Source of the DNA: Eledone cirrhosa
Lineage: Eukaryota
Assembly (NCBI GenBank): GCA_964016885.1
Contig: OZ024740.1
Coordinates: 326,554,001 to 326,618,000, forward strand
Direction: 5' to 3'
DNA length: 64,000 bases
Below are positions 38,384-52,146 of this stretch, piece by piece (within the stretch, counting starts at the first letter, position 1; every line of letters starts with the position of its first letter). Below the pieces are notes generated by a model. It was not told where the DNA came from. It saw nothing but the letters and a program-made list of their open reading frames with translations, and did no database searches. The translations under genes and the position numbers were made by a program.

Positions 38384-38512
38384 ATTAACACTTAGAATTT
38401 AATATTCTATCATACTATTTCATTATAATACCATTATAAATTTTAAAGGATTGTAAATAAAACGAGTAAATCAGACAAAGTTGGAATTCCTCTTATTAAT
38501 ATAATCTTCTAT

Positions 38513-38602
<90 letters not shown>

Positions 38603-38613
38603 GATATATATGT

Positions 38614-38647
<34 letters not shown>

Positions 38648-38813
38648 AATTTATATCTAGTAACATTTATATACACACAGATGCATATCAATGCTAGCAA
38701 ATATATAGGTTTTGTCTTATTAACAATGTGGTTCAATGCATGGGGTTGCAGAACAATAATATGATAGACGTAAAATAAGAAAATTATAAAATTAACTTAC
38801 TTACTAAAAAATC

Positions 38814-38896
38814 ACTTCCAACTAATTAGTTTCTGGAATGGAGTAAATATATTTTCCGAAGAAACATATAGAAAATCATTCCGTCATCAGGAAAGT
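38814..38896 (-). ncRNA. Type I hammerhead ribozyme (525-nt unit, arm 1)
   Basis: ACUUUC-CUGAUGA-C-GGAAUG..CAUUCC-A-GAAA-CUAAUUAG-UU-GGAAGU. Confidence 0.85.
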
Positions 38897-39721
38897 CTTT
38901 TTCCGTATAGGTCTTCAGGCATAGCGAGGACACTGGAAACTTATTAAAAAAATAATTCAGTGGAATGGAAATAGCGAAGCGTGGACTGGATTCCAAGCCA
39001 TTGAGAAAATCACTGCCTCTTCGTCTGTGGCAAATTCAAAAAGAATCAATCACGTGACATCGAGGTCAATCAGTGGAAAGCGAGTGGTTATTAAGACAGC
39101 GGCCAGCTTACTACCATAGTAGCAGTCATGGCCAAATATTGCTCGACAAATGAATTGGAGATAATTATAAGGAATTTATATCTAGTAACATTTATATACA
39201 CACAGATGACGGAATGATTTTCTATATGTTTCTTCGGAAAATATATTTACTCCATTCCAGAAACTAATTAGTTGGAAGTGATTTTTTAGTAAGTAAGTTA
39301 ATTTTATAATTTTCTTATTTTACGTCTCTCATATTATTGTTCTGCAACCCCATGCATTGAACCACATTGTTAATAAGACAAAACCTATATATTTGCTAAC
39401 ATTGATATGCATCTGTGTGTATATAAATGTTACTAGATGTAAATTCCTTATAATTATCTCCAATTCATTTGTCGAGCAATATTTGGCCATGACTGCTACT
39501 ATGGTAGTAAGCTGGCCGCTGTCTTAATAACCACTCGCTTTCCACTGATTGACCTCGATGTCACGTGATTGATTCTTTTTGAATTTGCCACAGACGAAGA
39601 GGCAGTGATTTTCTCAATGGCTTGGAATCCAGTCCACGCTTCGCTATTTCCATTCCACTGAATTATTTTTTTAATAAGTTTCCAGTGTCCTCGCTATGCC
39701 TGGAGACCTATACGGAAAAAG

Positions 39722-39804
39722 ACTTTCCTGATGACGGAATGATTTTCTATATGTTTCTTCGGAAAATATATTTACTCCATTCCAGAAACTAATTAGTTGG
39801 AAGT
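39722..39804 (+). ncRNA. Type I hammerhead ribozyme (525-nt unit, arm 2)
   Basis: Same fold as 38814-38896; palindromic AACUAAUUAGUU stem III. Confidence 0.85.
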
Positions 39805-39850
39805 GATTTTTTTAGTAAGTAAGTTAATTTTATAATTTTCTTATTTTACG

Positions 39851-39920
<70 letters not shown>

Positions 39921-40024
39921 ATATATATATATCTATCTTTTTATGACTTGTTCATATATATGTATGTATCTATGTAGATATGTATATATACGTATGTATG
40001 TAGATATGTATATATATATATATG

Positions 40025-40116
<92 letters not shown>

Positions 40117-40229
40117 GCGCGTGTGTATCTAGCTATTTTCAACCTCCTTTTAACTTCTTGTCGCAACCGGAAATTAAATAGAAAGTAGTATCAAATCAAC
40201 ATTATGTTTTTCGTAAAAGACTGATTGCT

Positions 40230-41700
40230 TACATTAGCGAAACAGAATGCAAGGTTAGAAGAATATAGTGGATTGAACGAATCAATCGTCTCCAACACAT
40301 TACTGGTAATTAATTTTGTTGAGCTTCGAGATTGATGAAGAGCAAAAGTGAAAATAGGTGAGGTTTGACCTCAGAACCCAAATGGGCGTAAATAAATAAA
40401 AAATTATCATCCTTCATCGTTAGCCGTAGCAACAGCAACAACAACTGCAGCAACAGCACTTATAGCATTTGCAGCGTTGTCGTTGACATTCTTCCTACCG
40501 TTGCATCTTTCAATTGTGATTGTGTAGTTGAGTGATTAGCCCTGGTCATCGGCGTGATTTGAACCCCTAGCAGAATTTAACTGAGAATACAAAAGAATCA
40601 GAACAGATAACGCAATGCAATGGCCTCTATTCAACATTCTAACAATTCTGCCAATCCGCCATTTTGGACTGATATTTAATTTTTTAACCTTGAAAATATG
40701 TGAGGTAAAGTTGACTTTTGTGGGACATGAACACAGACCGCAAAGATTCGAAATAAATACAGCAATGCATATTAACCGACACTAAAACTATTCGGCTTAT
40801 TCATCGTAACGAAATACTGCAAGGCCTCTAGCTAACAAGGGGGTCTCTTGACTTGCTAGAAATAGCTGCCAAATCGTCCTCAAATCTCTCCACACCATTT
40901 TAGAAAAGGGCACATCGGATGTCATCCCTGTTACTTGCGTTGGGAAAAATACGAGATGGTCACGGCTGGGATGTTTTTGATCATACCTCTGTACGATCAG
41001 GTTTGACCTGGGGTTGAACAACAACAATAACAACGTCGATAAATTAGCAAAGTCTAGAGCAATGCCTAGCGAGATTTGTTCTGGCTTTCTTCATTCTGAG
41101 TTTAAATCCCACCGAGGTCAAATTTGCCTTATATCCTTTCCGTACAACTCCAGTACAGTAGGCAGGATTTTTAGAGTGTCGATCAGTATGTATCGTGGTA
41201 TTTGTTCAGGCTCATTGCGTTCTGAGTTAAAATTACACTGTTTCTTACTTAAGTGATATTCTTAATCTGGTGTTCTGCTTAAAACCATAATCGGGTTTTT
41301 AGTGGAGTCCGTTCTGTTGTAGAGACGCGTGGCCTAGTGATAATGGTGTTGGATTAACAATAATAATATCATGGGTTGGACTGGGTTGTGAGTTGTGTTC
41401 TTAAGGAAAACATTTCATTTCACGTTGTTCCAGTATACTCAGCAGAAAATGAGTACCAGCAGTAGCTGGGGGTATAACCCTGCGATGGACTGGCGTTCTG
41501 TTCAGGAGGAAGTCTTGTACGCCACGGAAACCGGGATAAGCATTGGCCTGATCAAGCATTCGAAATAGGTCTATGGTTTGAGGATACCTTCATCCCTCTC
41601 TACCACTTGAACTTAGAGCGCAGAGTCAAAACAAACACCGCAAAGCATTCTATTCAACACCTCGACGACTCTCTCTCAATTCGCCACCTTGCCATGATAG
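40230..41700. mobile_element. Cluster of old SINE fragments and a (CAA)n-tailed retroelement 3' end (40820-41035)
   Basis: SINE core motifs on both strands; ccctgcgatggactggc core at 41478. Confidence 0.6.
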
Positions 41701-41826
41701 GATACGAACCGTTTATTTTAGAGCTCTTTACCTTACACCCTCGCTAACGACCTGGTGGCGAAATGCAACTGATAAATTTTCTAGAAAAGGAAGTTTAAAT
41801 AAGAATTCATTATTATAAAGTACAGT

Positions 41827-42013
41827 GGGCGGTGGATTGGCAGTGTCGGTAGAGGGTCGGACGCCATGCTTTGACGTATAGAGTTACGGCCCTTTCCATT
41901 CTGAGTTCAAATCCTGCCGATGTTAACTTTGCCTTTCATCCTTACGGAGTCGATAAAATAAAGTACCAGTAATGTACTGGGTAATTACTGGCCTTGTGCC
42001 AAAAGTAGAAACA
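41827..42013 (+). mobile_element. Complete SINE
   Basis: Same family as 15579; 18-bp TSD attattataaagtacagt (41809-41826, 42014-42031). Confidence 0.92.
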
Positions 42014-43329
42014 ATTATTATAAAGTACAGTTTTTTGAAATACGAGTTTGCCAAGATGATGGTATGTTCTGAAAACTCATTCTCCTATCAATTATTCTAA
42101 TAACAAAGACTAATTTTCAGGTTGTCGTAAATGTATTTTTAACTTAATGCTTTCTTCTCTCCTCTCTATTCTGATCGGATAGTTTTGAGTCCAAAATATA
42201 CATAAAGGTAAACTAATCCTATTAGACAGATTACTATAGCATAATTGGCGTCAAAACTAATAGTAAGAAAATAATTTCAGACCAAGTGCCCAGAAGTTTG
42301 ACTTTGTGTAACATTTAAGCATTCAGTTACGTACACACCTTAAAGTCAATCTCTGTCTCTCCTCTATCCCCCGTCCATCTCTCCCTCTCCCCCACTCTCT
42401 TCCCCACCACACATACCATAAAAGACACATATACACATATACATATACTCAAATATAGACGTTCGATGGAAGCTAAAGCTTCACTGAATAGTTTTATTTA
42501 TTTGTTTAAAAAATCTTATATCGTATTTTGTGAACATTTTGCATCTTTGCTTTCAAATTTCCAACGAACCTACTTCTAGTTAATGACGATGACATATTTT
42601 TATTTAAAAGTACTGTTTTACGAGTTTTCTCGACAATATTTAAACCTTTTACCGGTAAACACATGGAAAAGATTTCCTCACCACACATACGTAGGTGATC
42701 ATGGGTTCACATTGTTGTGAATTGTAATGCAACGGGGAAAAAACACCTCAATACCGCTAACTAGAATTGTTGATGTTGTTATGGTTCATACTCGCATTAG
42801 TTTAACCGGCCTCCTATGAGGATGCATCTCATAGGAGGTTGATTGGGCGTTTTAATGATAAAGTGGAATAGCATATATTTCATATACTCGCTTGCCAATT
42901 GGGAATGAGAGACTCTGAGTAGTTCACGCAGACTCAGCTTTTCATAAATATTTAACACACACACACACACACATACACACACACACACACACATAAGTGC
43001 TTAATCAAGAAGAAGGGAAGAGGCCATCACTTTTTTTTCAGGGTCTCCAACGCAAGTAAGACGCCAGTAAGAGAGATAGAGGAAAGTATCCTCAAATCAG
43101 AGAATTCTTACAAGTGGTTTTAAACCAAGTGATGATGATGCCGTCCACCCAAAATATACACCTGTGCTGTACCCAACTGTTTTATAAAGTGAAGTCATAT
43201 TAAATAATGTAATTTTGTGACGATGATGCTACAGCTAGAATACTTTTGATCCTAGATCAACTTGACCAGGCAACAACAACAATAACAATTGACTGTCCAT
43301 TCCAACTATCAACAGGATAGAGTTCATCC

Positions 43330-44230
43330 TATGTACTGCTGATATTGTCAACTGTCGACCCATTTATCCTATTTACACCTAAAAAATAATGAAAACAGAT
43401 GTTACCAATCATTACTTTGTGTTAATCCTCCTCCTTTAATGACTATTAGTACGGCTTCCATAGAGCCATATGTACTATGAACTTATGTCACTCAACAGTG
43501 ATATCTCATTCTCCTGATCGGAGAAAGTAATGTCGCTGGATCTACACCAGCAAAGCTTTTGACAGGCAGTTTCTGGCAGTTTCTCCTAGATACTTTCCCT
43601 GGCTATGGGCTTTACCCATCTAAAATATTCTAGTTTGGAAGTTCCTCTCAGACCGCAAAGTTAAAGTGTGTGCTATTGGGGCGGATGGTGGATTTCTAAC
43701 CGATATTCTATCAAAACTAATGTGCCACAAGGCTCTATTATGCCCCTCACACTCCTCCGTCTGGGCATTAATGATTTGTGTGTTTTCAAATTTAACAACG
43801 CCCTCTCCTATGCGAACGATATCACTCTTAATTCTTCCTTCATTTTCAGAAAACAGACGAAATCAATGTGGAACCTAAATACGGCAAACCAAACATGCCA
43901 AACATCTCTACCAACAGACATCTCTACCAACAGAGTCACGAAAGCATCTTGCAATAGAGTCGTGACAATATTTCAACAGCACATCACTGCTCAAATTAAG
44001 GAAATAATCTAGTTGAGATCAATAGGCAATTAACATTTTCAAAGACCCTACTGATGCTTGATATCATAAAATCTTATGACCTTCCTTGGCAATGCTACAT
44101 ACATAGCAGGCTAAGGATACATCACAAATACTAATTATCAGAAAATATTTCAGCTTTGATCAATTTCCAACTCGTTACACAAACGAAGTAAAATTCAGTG
44201 TAGGGTAATGATTCCGCATCTGGAACTGTA
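43330..44230 (+). mobile_element. Decayed CR1/Jockey-group LINE RT
   Basis: SKAFDR, VPQGSIMPLTLL..INDL, SYAND (YADD-like). Confidence 0.75.
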
Positions 44231-44245
44231 TTACTCTTATGAATA

Positions 44246-44890
44246 CGAGGGCCGGTTGAAAAGATCATAGGCTGACCAAGATACTCTCATGGAATGTGAC
44301 CAAATGAGGTGTTGCAGTGCTTGGATCCCATTGGTGAAGAAGCTTTCATCCTGTTGGTAAACAAAGACATAATCACTGCGATACTGGTTCCCAGCCAAAT
44401 ATGTTTTCATGTTGGGGAACAGATGATAGTCAGATGGAGCCAAATTAAAATAATAGAGAGGGTGATCAATCAGTTCAAAGCCACAGACACACACAGCAGC
44501 CATTGAAACCAAGGACTTGTGTGTTGGAGCATTTCGTCAGTTTTCCAGGATGTTTAGTTTTGATAGCCTTTTGTAACTGCCTTAGCAAATTGGCATAGTA
44601 CTCTCCACTGATCGCGCCGCCTTTTTGAAGATAGTCAATAAACACAATGCCTTTGGCAAAAAAAAAAAAACTGAGGCCACCACCTTCTCTGGAAACGACC
44701 TTGACCGTCTTTGGGGAGGTGAGGAAGGGTGTTTCCACTGCATGGATTATCTCTTTGTTTCTGGCTCAAAGTAATGAACCTAACACGCATCCAGGGTTAG
44801 GAACCGTTCAAGGCAGCCTTGGCCATGCCAAGTTCAATGTGCAAAATATTCTCAACTTTCTTATGGTATATGCTAATAGCATTGGCTATT
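44246..44890 (-). mobile_element. mariner transposase remnant with one TIR
   Basis: GIVFIDYLQKG..GEYYANLL, HPLYYFNLAPSDYHLFPNMK; TA|CGAGGGCCGGTTGAAAAG end. Confidence 0.88.
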
Positions 44891-45519
44891 ATAAATATAA
44901 ATCGTACGTTCAAAGTTGTCTCCATATTGCTAAAGAAAAGACTGATTCCTCTTGCATCCCATATTTAATAAATTCTAATTAATTAAATATGTTGGGTTGT
45001 CTCTCCTTTCCTTTTTTTGGTTTGAATTAGTCGTTTAGGGTGTACATTTTGATCAAGTATAATATCTTTGTTTACTACATTAAATATGCTTGAGTCAATT
45101 TTACTATTAATATTGCCAGACTAGGAAGATACGCTAACTAAGCCATATGGAGATAAATATATAGACAGATAAATAAATAGATTTTAAAGAGCCAAAAGCA
45201 AAATCTAAAAATAACAGCAATTTTCACCAAGTTAACACCAAAATTATATATAATAGACATAAATATCTTAATAATATATTTGTTTTATAAATCAAAAGCT
45301 ATGTTGGGTGAAGGTTTGTGTGTAAACAAATAAACATCCCCAATTTGAAAAAAAAAAAATCTACTGACCAATGTCAGTTCAGTAGACGAAATAATGTGAA
45401 GATCTGTGTAATTTTAATCGAATTTTAATATTTCATGACTTGTGTTTTTGTTGTCGCGAATGTATATATTCGTGGTAGGTTTGAATTTCTTCTATATTAA
45501 CCCTTTCGTCTAAAGACTA

Positions 45520-46080
45520 CTACCATACTCCTGCCCAAATATGTCGTCTGCCTACTGCCACCATCTCCTGTGACGCTAAATTCCGCCAGTTGCAGACTGC
45601 GTATTAACATGTTCGATCACCAGCAGCAGAGTTCAAAGAACAAAGATCAAGTCCAGTCCATAAGTTGACACTATCAAGCCATCGTTTTGGCTGCCGGCCT
45701 CTGCTTCTCTTACCAGCCAACCTTCTCTTCCAGACATAACCTACTCACACCACGAGTTGATCTTTTTATATGGCCGTATAGTTTGAGTACTCTTGACTTG
45801 ACAATTGATGTAATTGGTCCATACTCCTGCCCTAATATGTCGTTTGCCTCGTGTTCACGGCCGATAGGATGGAGAAGTCATTGCACCGGAGAATGGCGAG
45901 GGAGACGCGCTGGAATAGCCACTCCACCTCGTGGAGCTCGTAGCAGTGGAGACTTCCGGCGTTCTTGACCACCGGATCACATTCCTGCTCACTGCTATCG
46001 GAGCGGAGTAGGTGCAAACTCCGTGAGGTGGAGTGACTGTTCTATCGCGTCTCCGTCACCGTCCTCCATTTCTTCTATAT
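45520..46080 (-). mobile_element. RLE-type (CRE-like) non-LTR 3' remnant
   Basis: EWLFQRVSLAILRCN C-terminal motif; homolog at 3850-4110; internal ccatactcctgcc..aatatgtcgt repeat. Confidence 0.55.
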
Positions 46081-46269
46081 ATTTTTGGTTGACCAAATTT
46101 CTGGTTGTGTCTCCAGGATGGAACTAATTTGTCTTGATAAAATATATGAATATTGCAATATATATGCCATAAATTGCTTTCTGATTAAGCCAGTCTAAAT
46201 GATATATTAAGTTAGATATGTGTGGGCGTATGCATGTGTGTGATTGCATGTATATGTATACGAACGCAT

Positions 46270-46830
<561 letters not shown>

Positions 46831-46910
46831 ATATGTAGATTTGAGTTTGGAGTTTGGAGCCGTGAGGAAAAACAGTATCTAACATTTCACGATTGACCCG
46901 TTGATATATA

Positions 46911-47170
46911 CAGGATGCGGACGATATTTGTTCGCAAGATTACTGTCTAGGAAAAAATAACACAGTAGTTTTATTTTTTAAGATTTATTTATCAAACTTG
47001 GGTCAGTTTGTCTTCATGACTTGATCTTTCGATCTCACTCGATAAATCCGTCATTGACTTTGATGACGGCCTCAAGGCGTCCTCGGAACCGGCTACAGGC
47101 CTTCGTCACTGTCCCCCCACTTAGGCCCCTAAAAGCACTTGTGATCCTGGCCTTCAGATCGTCTTTCGTG
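46911..47170 (-). mobile_element. Tc1/mariner-superfamily transposase C-terminus with TIR
   Basis: TKDDLKARITSAF..KACSRFRGRLEAVIKVNDGFIE*; TA|CAGGATG end. Confidence 0.75.
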
Positions 47171-47199
47171 TATCTCTCTCCCCCTCTCTCTCGCTATAC

Positions 47200-47280
<81 letters not shown>

Positions 47281-47281
<1 letters not shown>

Positions 47282-47750
47282 GTCGGCGACTAAACCGGCA
47301 ACCCCACCAAGTTTACTTGGTGAGGAGGGTGATTATGGACACCTTGCAGGACAAAAAACAAAACCTGACAAAAGGCGGAAGAACTCATAAGAGTCAACGG
47401 CCATCCGAAAGTGTTTAAATATGTATATACACATGTACCGCGCGGTTAAACCACTGGGAGAGAACGACTCTTAGCCTTTGTCAGTACATTCCTCTAGGAG
47501 AAGGCAACTCAGGAAACTGGGATAACTCCGATATAAAACCCGCGGCTCAGTAGTTACCGATGATGTTGATCTTTTCTTCTTTTCGGGTTATAGCTACTGT
47601 CGGTCAGAGAGTGGGATTGGCTCAGTGCACAGTCTTTCCTCACTTTAAAAAATATCTTCACGCACAGGCATTGCACGATAGAATTAATTAATAATTATTA
47701 ATAATGGTATATCGTGCAATGGCCATACTCGATAACGAGGGGGCAGCCAT
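47281..47750 (+). mobile_element. Second copy of the 37657 element
   Basis: Collinear homology; (TA)n flanks. Confidence 0.7.
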
Positions 47751-48139
47751 CATATATATATATATATAGCGATAGAGAGAGAGAGAGAGAGAGGAGGATT
47801 GTGTGAGTGAACGAGAAAAATTGAATTATATATGTTATTAGAATAATGAAATTTATCAAAAATATGAAGTAGAATTAAAAGTGATGGAAAAAGCCGCAAA
47901 TCAAGACAGAAACAAATGACTAGAATGAAAAAGTAAATTTTACACATTGGCCTTAGTTATGATTATTATGAAAAATATTTGTGGTAAAATGTAAACTTTG
48001 ATTTTGTTTTGAACTTTTTATTTCTGTAACTTCCATTGTTATGGTTTCTCCAATGTATGTATGTATGTATGTATGTATGTATGTATGTATGTATGTATGT
48101 ATGTATGTATGTATGTATGTATGTATGTATGTATGTATG

Positions 48140-48822
48140 TTATCTCTTTCTCTTAATTTCGAGTATATTTTTTTGACCGGCCACCTTCCTGGTGGCAAGG
48201 TTGTAAAAGAAAATAAATTGTCATCCCTTGAATCGCAAGAATGTTTTGCAAATTTTGAAGGTGCCAGCTATCGCAGCCATTTGTAGACTATGAATTAGGG
48301 AGCTGAGCTTTTTGTCCGCAAATCCAAGTTCAGTCATACTTTGGTCCAAGCGGGTTGGTATATAACCCGTAGCTCCAATAATGATTGGGATACTGGATTT
48401 GTAAACTCCTCATCAATGGTCCGTAGATGTCCTCCTTCTCCTGTATTTTTCTGACAACGTTTACACAAGTGGGCAGCTGATCTCCACAACAGAACACGTT
48501 TTCAATGTGTGGTCCCAAACAACAATATCAGGCCGGTTGTGCTTTAATTTGGTGGTAGTTTTTATTTTCAGGTTCCACCAGTATTTCTTAGTGCCATCTG
48601 TCTCAATATATTCTTCCTCGTTTGTTGTTAATTTTGTATTCCGAAGTGCGTTCCAGATGGTTCTAGCTATCCCATCGTGTCTCATGGGAGGTAGTAGCGA
48701 GATGACATTCTTTCGCAGCTGGCAACAATGTGGCTTACATCCTCGATCTTTGTTTTACATAGCCTACATTTATTGTCAGCTGCTGGCCCTCCCCTTTTGT
48801 GCAGCAGATATTTGGTAGGGAG
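48140..48822 (-). mobile_element. 5'-truncated R4/Dong-clade RLE non-LTR retrotransposon within (CATA)n
   Basis: CRLC..E...HIVASC zinc finger, RHD, NRPDIVVWD..VEISCP..K..KEDIY; (TATG)n at 48054-48139 and 48823-49250. Confidence 0.88.
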
Positions 48823-48999
48823 ATGTATGTATACATGTATGTATGTATGTATGTATGTATGTATGTATGTATGTATGTATGTATGTATGTGTGTGTGTGT
48901 GTATGCGTGTGTGTATGTATGTATGTATGTATGTATGTATGTATGTATGTATGTATGTATGTATGTATGTATGTATGTATGTATGTATGTATGTATGTA

Positions 49000-49034
<35 letters not shown>

Positions 49035-49159
49035 GTGTGTGGTTGTGTATGTATGTGTGTGTATGTGTGTGTGTGTATGTGTGTGTATATGTATGTATGT
49101 ATGTGTGTATGTGTGTATGTGTGTATGTATGTATGTATGTATGTATGTGTGGGTATGTA

Positions 49160-49190
<31 letters not shown>

Positions 49191-49290
49191 ATGTATGTAT
49201 GTATGTATGTATGTATGTATGTATGTATGTATGTGTATGTATGTATGTATCTGTGTGTGTGTGTATGAATATATATATATATATATATAT

Positions 49291-49584
49291 TTGTTTTGCA
49301 AGGTTTTTGATATGAAATCGTGTGTCGAAACAAATATTGTTATACTTGGGGAGGGTCATATTGTTGTAATAATATTGCCAGAAATAATAACAGAACACAC
49401 TCACTGTTTGGTTGGTTTTCGCTTCAGGATCTTTTATATCTCCATAGTTAATTTATTTAGCAATCAATGTTTATCATTGATTGACCTGCGGTTAAAACTA
49501 CAGATATAAATATATATAGTCTATCAAAGTTATTTCGTTGCACATCTGCAACATCATCAGTGGTAATATTGTTTCCTTCTGTTG

Positions 49585-49585
<1 letters not shown>
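49291..49585 (-). mobile_element. Diverged pLTR relative of PLE1
   Basis: tgaccctccccaagtataacaatat..acacacgatttca matches 56805-56875. Confidence 0.8.
49521..49566 (-). ncRNA. Hammerhead motif (partly degenerate), homolog of the PLE1 ribozyme
   Basis: CUGAUGA-U-GUUGCA(GAUG)UGCAAC-GAAA-UAAC-UU; stem II co-varies with PLE1. Confidence 0.7.
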
Positions 49586-49642
<57 letters not shown>

Positions 49643-49648
<6 letters not shown>

Positions 49649-50432
49649 TATGTACACGTACATACATATATATATATACCGACGTACAGTAGTATGTATA
49701 TATATATATACATACATGCACACATATATATATGCACGTATGGATTCACCGAACATTTATTATAATGCTCGGTGTGTTTGTAAACAAACATCCCGTATTA
49801 AGCCGTGGTGTCTAGCAACCACCGTTGCTCGTTTGTTCAACACTGACAAAGGAACGTTGTACTAGTTTCAAGCTTGTTAGCTATCGTCAGCAACGTATAC
49901 CTTCATGCCAGATTGTTGAACGTATATACTTACCGTATGCATATTAACGGCTGAGTAGCCCAATTTGCATATCGAGTGGGTTAATCGGCCGGGTGCACCG
50001 AAAACGATAAACGGAAAAAATGAAACGATATTTCATTTCCCACTCTTAGTACGGCTGTTACTTAAATATAAGTATGTACACGTACATACATATATGTATA
50101 CCGACGTACAGTAGCGTGTATATATATACATACTGACGATAGCTAACAAGCTTGAAACTAGTACAGCGTTCCTTTGTCAGTGTTGAACAAACGAGCAACG
50201 GTGGTTGCTAGACACTACGGCTTAATACGGGATGTTTGTTTACAAACACTCCGAGCATTATAATAAATGTTCGGTGAATCCATACGTGCATATATATATG
50301 TGTGCATGTATGTATATATATATATACATACTACTGTACGTCGGTATACATATATGTATGTACGTGTACATACTTATATTTAAGTAACAGCCGTACTAAG
50401 AGTGGGAAATGAAATATCGTTTCATTTTTTCC

Positions 50433-50438
<6 letters not shown>
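49643..50438. mobile_element. Hammerhead-bearing non-coding element: ~424-nt permuted unit, inverted arms
   Basis: Direct repeat 49643/50067; arm 2 (50133-50438) is inverted and starts at CTGACGA; (TA)n flanks. Confidence 0.9.
49854..49896 (-). ncRNA. Minimal type I hammerhead ribozyme
   Basis: ACGUUG-CUGACGA-U-AGCU(AACA)AGCU-U-GAAA-CUAG-UA-CAACGU. Confidence 0.9.
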
Positions 50439-50503
<65 letters not shown>

Positions 50504-50571
50504 CAAGGTTTAGCAAATAAGATAAAGTTTCAAAATAAATTTTAAAAAATTAACTGTACTTACTATGGTTA

Positions 50572-50653
50572 CCTTTACCGAGTCGGTTTCGATTCTCAAA
50601 AATAAACGGAGTCCATACGGCCTTCGTTGCAAAGAAAGAATCTCGTCAGAAGG
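50572..50653 (-). ncRNA. Type I hammerhead ribozyme with long stem II
   Basis: CCUU-CUGACGA-GAUUC..GAAUC-GAAA-CCG(ACU)CGG-UA-AAGG; element 50500-50960 between (TA)n. Confidence 0.85.
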
Positions 50654-50956
50654 ATCTTTTCATTCGGAGAATATAAAATTCTCGAATTCAAATTACGAAC
50701 TGGCGCTATTCAAAATTGTTCCCGAGATGAGAGTAAATGAAGTGGAATCAATTTTTTCAAGGGCCGAGTGTAAAGATAAAGGCAGAGGCAGAGAGGTCAG
50801 ATGGCTACTGTTATAATTAGCAGCAGTAGGAACGACCAAATTTTTCTCAACATAGATGAGATTAGTAATAATAGGATATGTGTTCCTACACGCACAAGGC
50901 GCTAAGGGACACATGTATTGTCCAACCATATGCCAATGTGGTTCAATGGCAGGTTA

Positions 50957-51012
<56 letters not shown>

Positions 51013-51205
51013 AATACGATTTAAATATTTACCTCTAATTTTAATTTATTTAAAAGATTGTTTAATGTTTACTTGTTCCGCTCATATTTACAGTTCTGGT
51101 ATCTCAAATTAGTACCATAGAACAACCACTATTATAGATACCATATATATTTCCGTGGGTACCTAGTACCTACTGGGATATCTATATCATTTATATATAT
51201 GTATA

Positions 51206-51291
<86 letters not shown>

Positions 51292-51293
<2 letters not shown>

Positions 51294-51480
51294 CGAAGGA
51301 AATGTGGTAAGGAACCAGGTGGACCATAACGCACCAAAGTACTCAATACTTAGGGTAGTAGAGTGGGTAATAGGAACGAGTACGACCCCGACAGCTGAGC
51401 TCAAGCAGTTTCGACGGCTAATTCTGGACTGAAGTAGCCGTCGAAACGGCTTGAGCTCAGCCGTCGGGGTCCTACTCGTT

Positions 51481-51485
<5 letters not shown>
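51292..51485. repeat. Inverted repeat insert between (TA)n
   Basis: 51370-51420 versus 51435-51485. Confidence 0.85.
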
Positions 51486-51991
<506 letters not shown>

Positions 51992-52146
51992 TGTTATACT
52001 TTGGGAGGGTCATGTTGCCAATAAGAAACACACGCACCAGTTGCTTTCACTTCAATTTAATTTAATATATATTTATAAATTTACAAATTTATAAATTTCT
52101 GGTTGGTTGGTTGGTTCCACAACCAGATAGTTGTTTATATATATAT

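Larger units (their letters stand above)
38641..39860. mobile_element. Hammerhead-bearing non-coding element: 525-nt circularly permuted unit, two inverted greater-than-unit arms
   Basis: Direct repeats 38641/39166 and 39205/39730 (both 525 nt apart); inversion junction gatg 39205-39208; (TA)n flanks. Confidence 0.9.
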
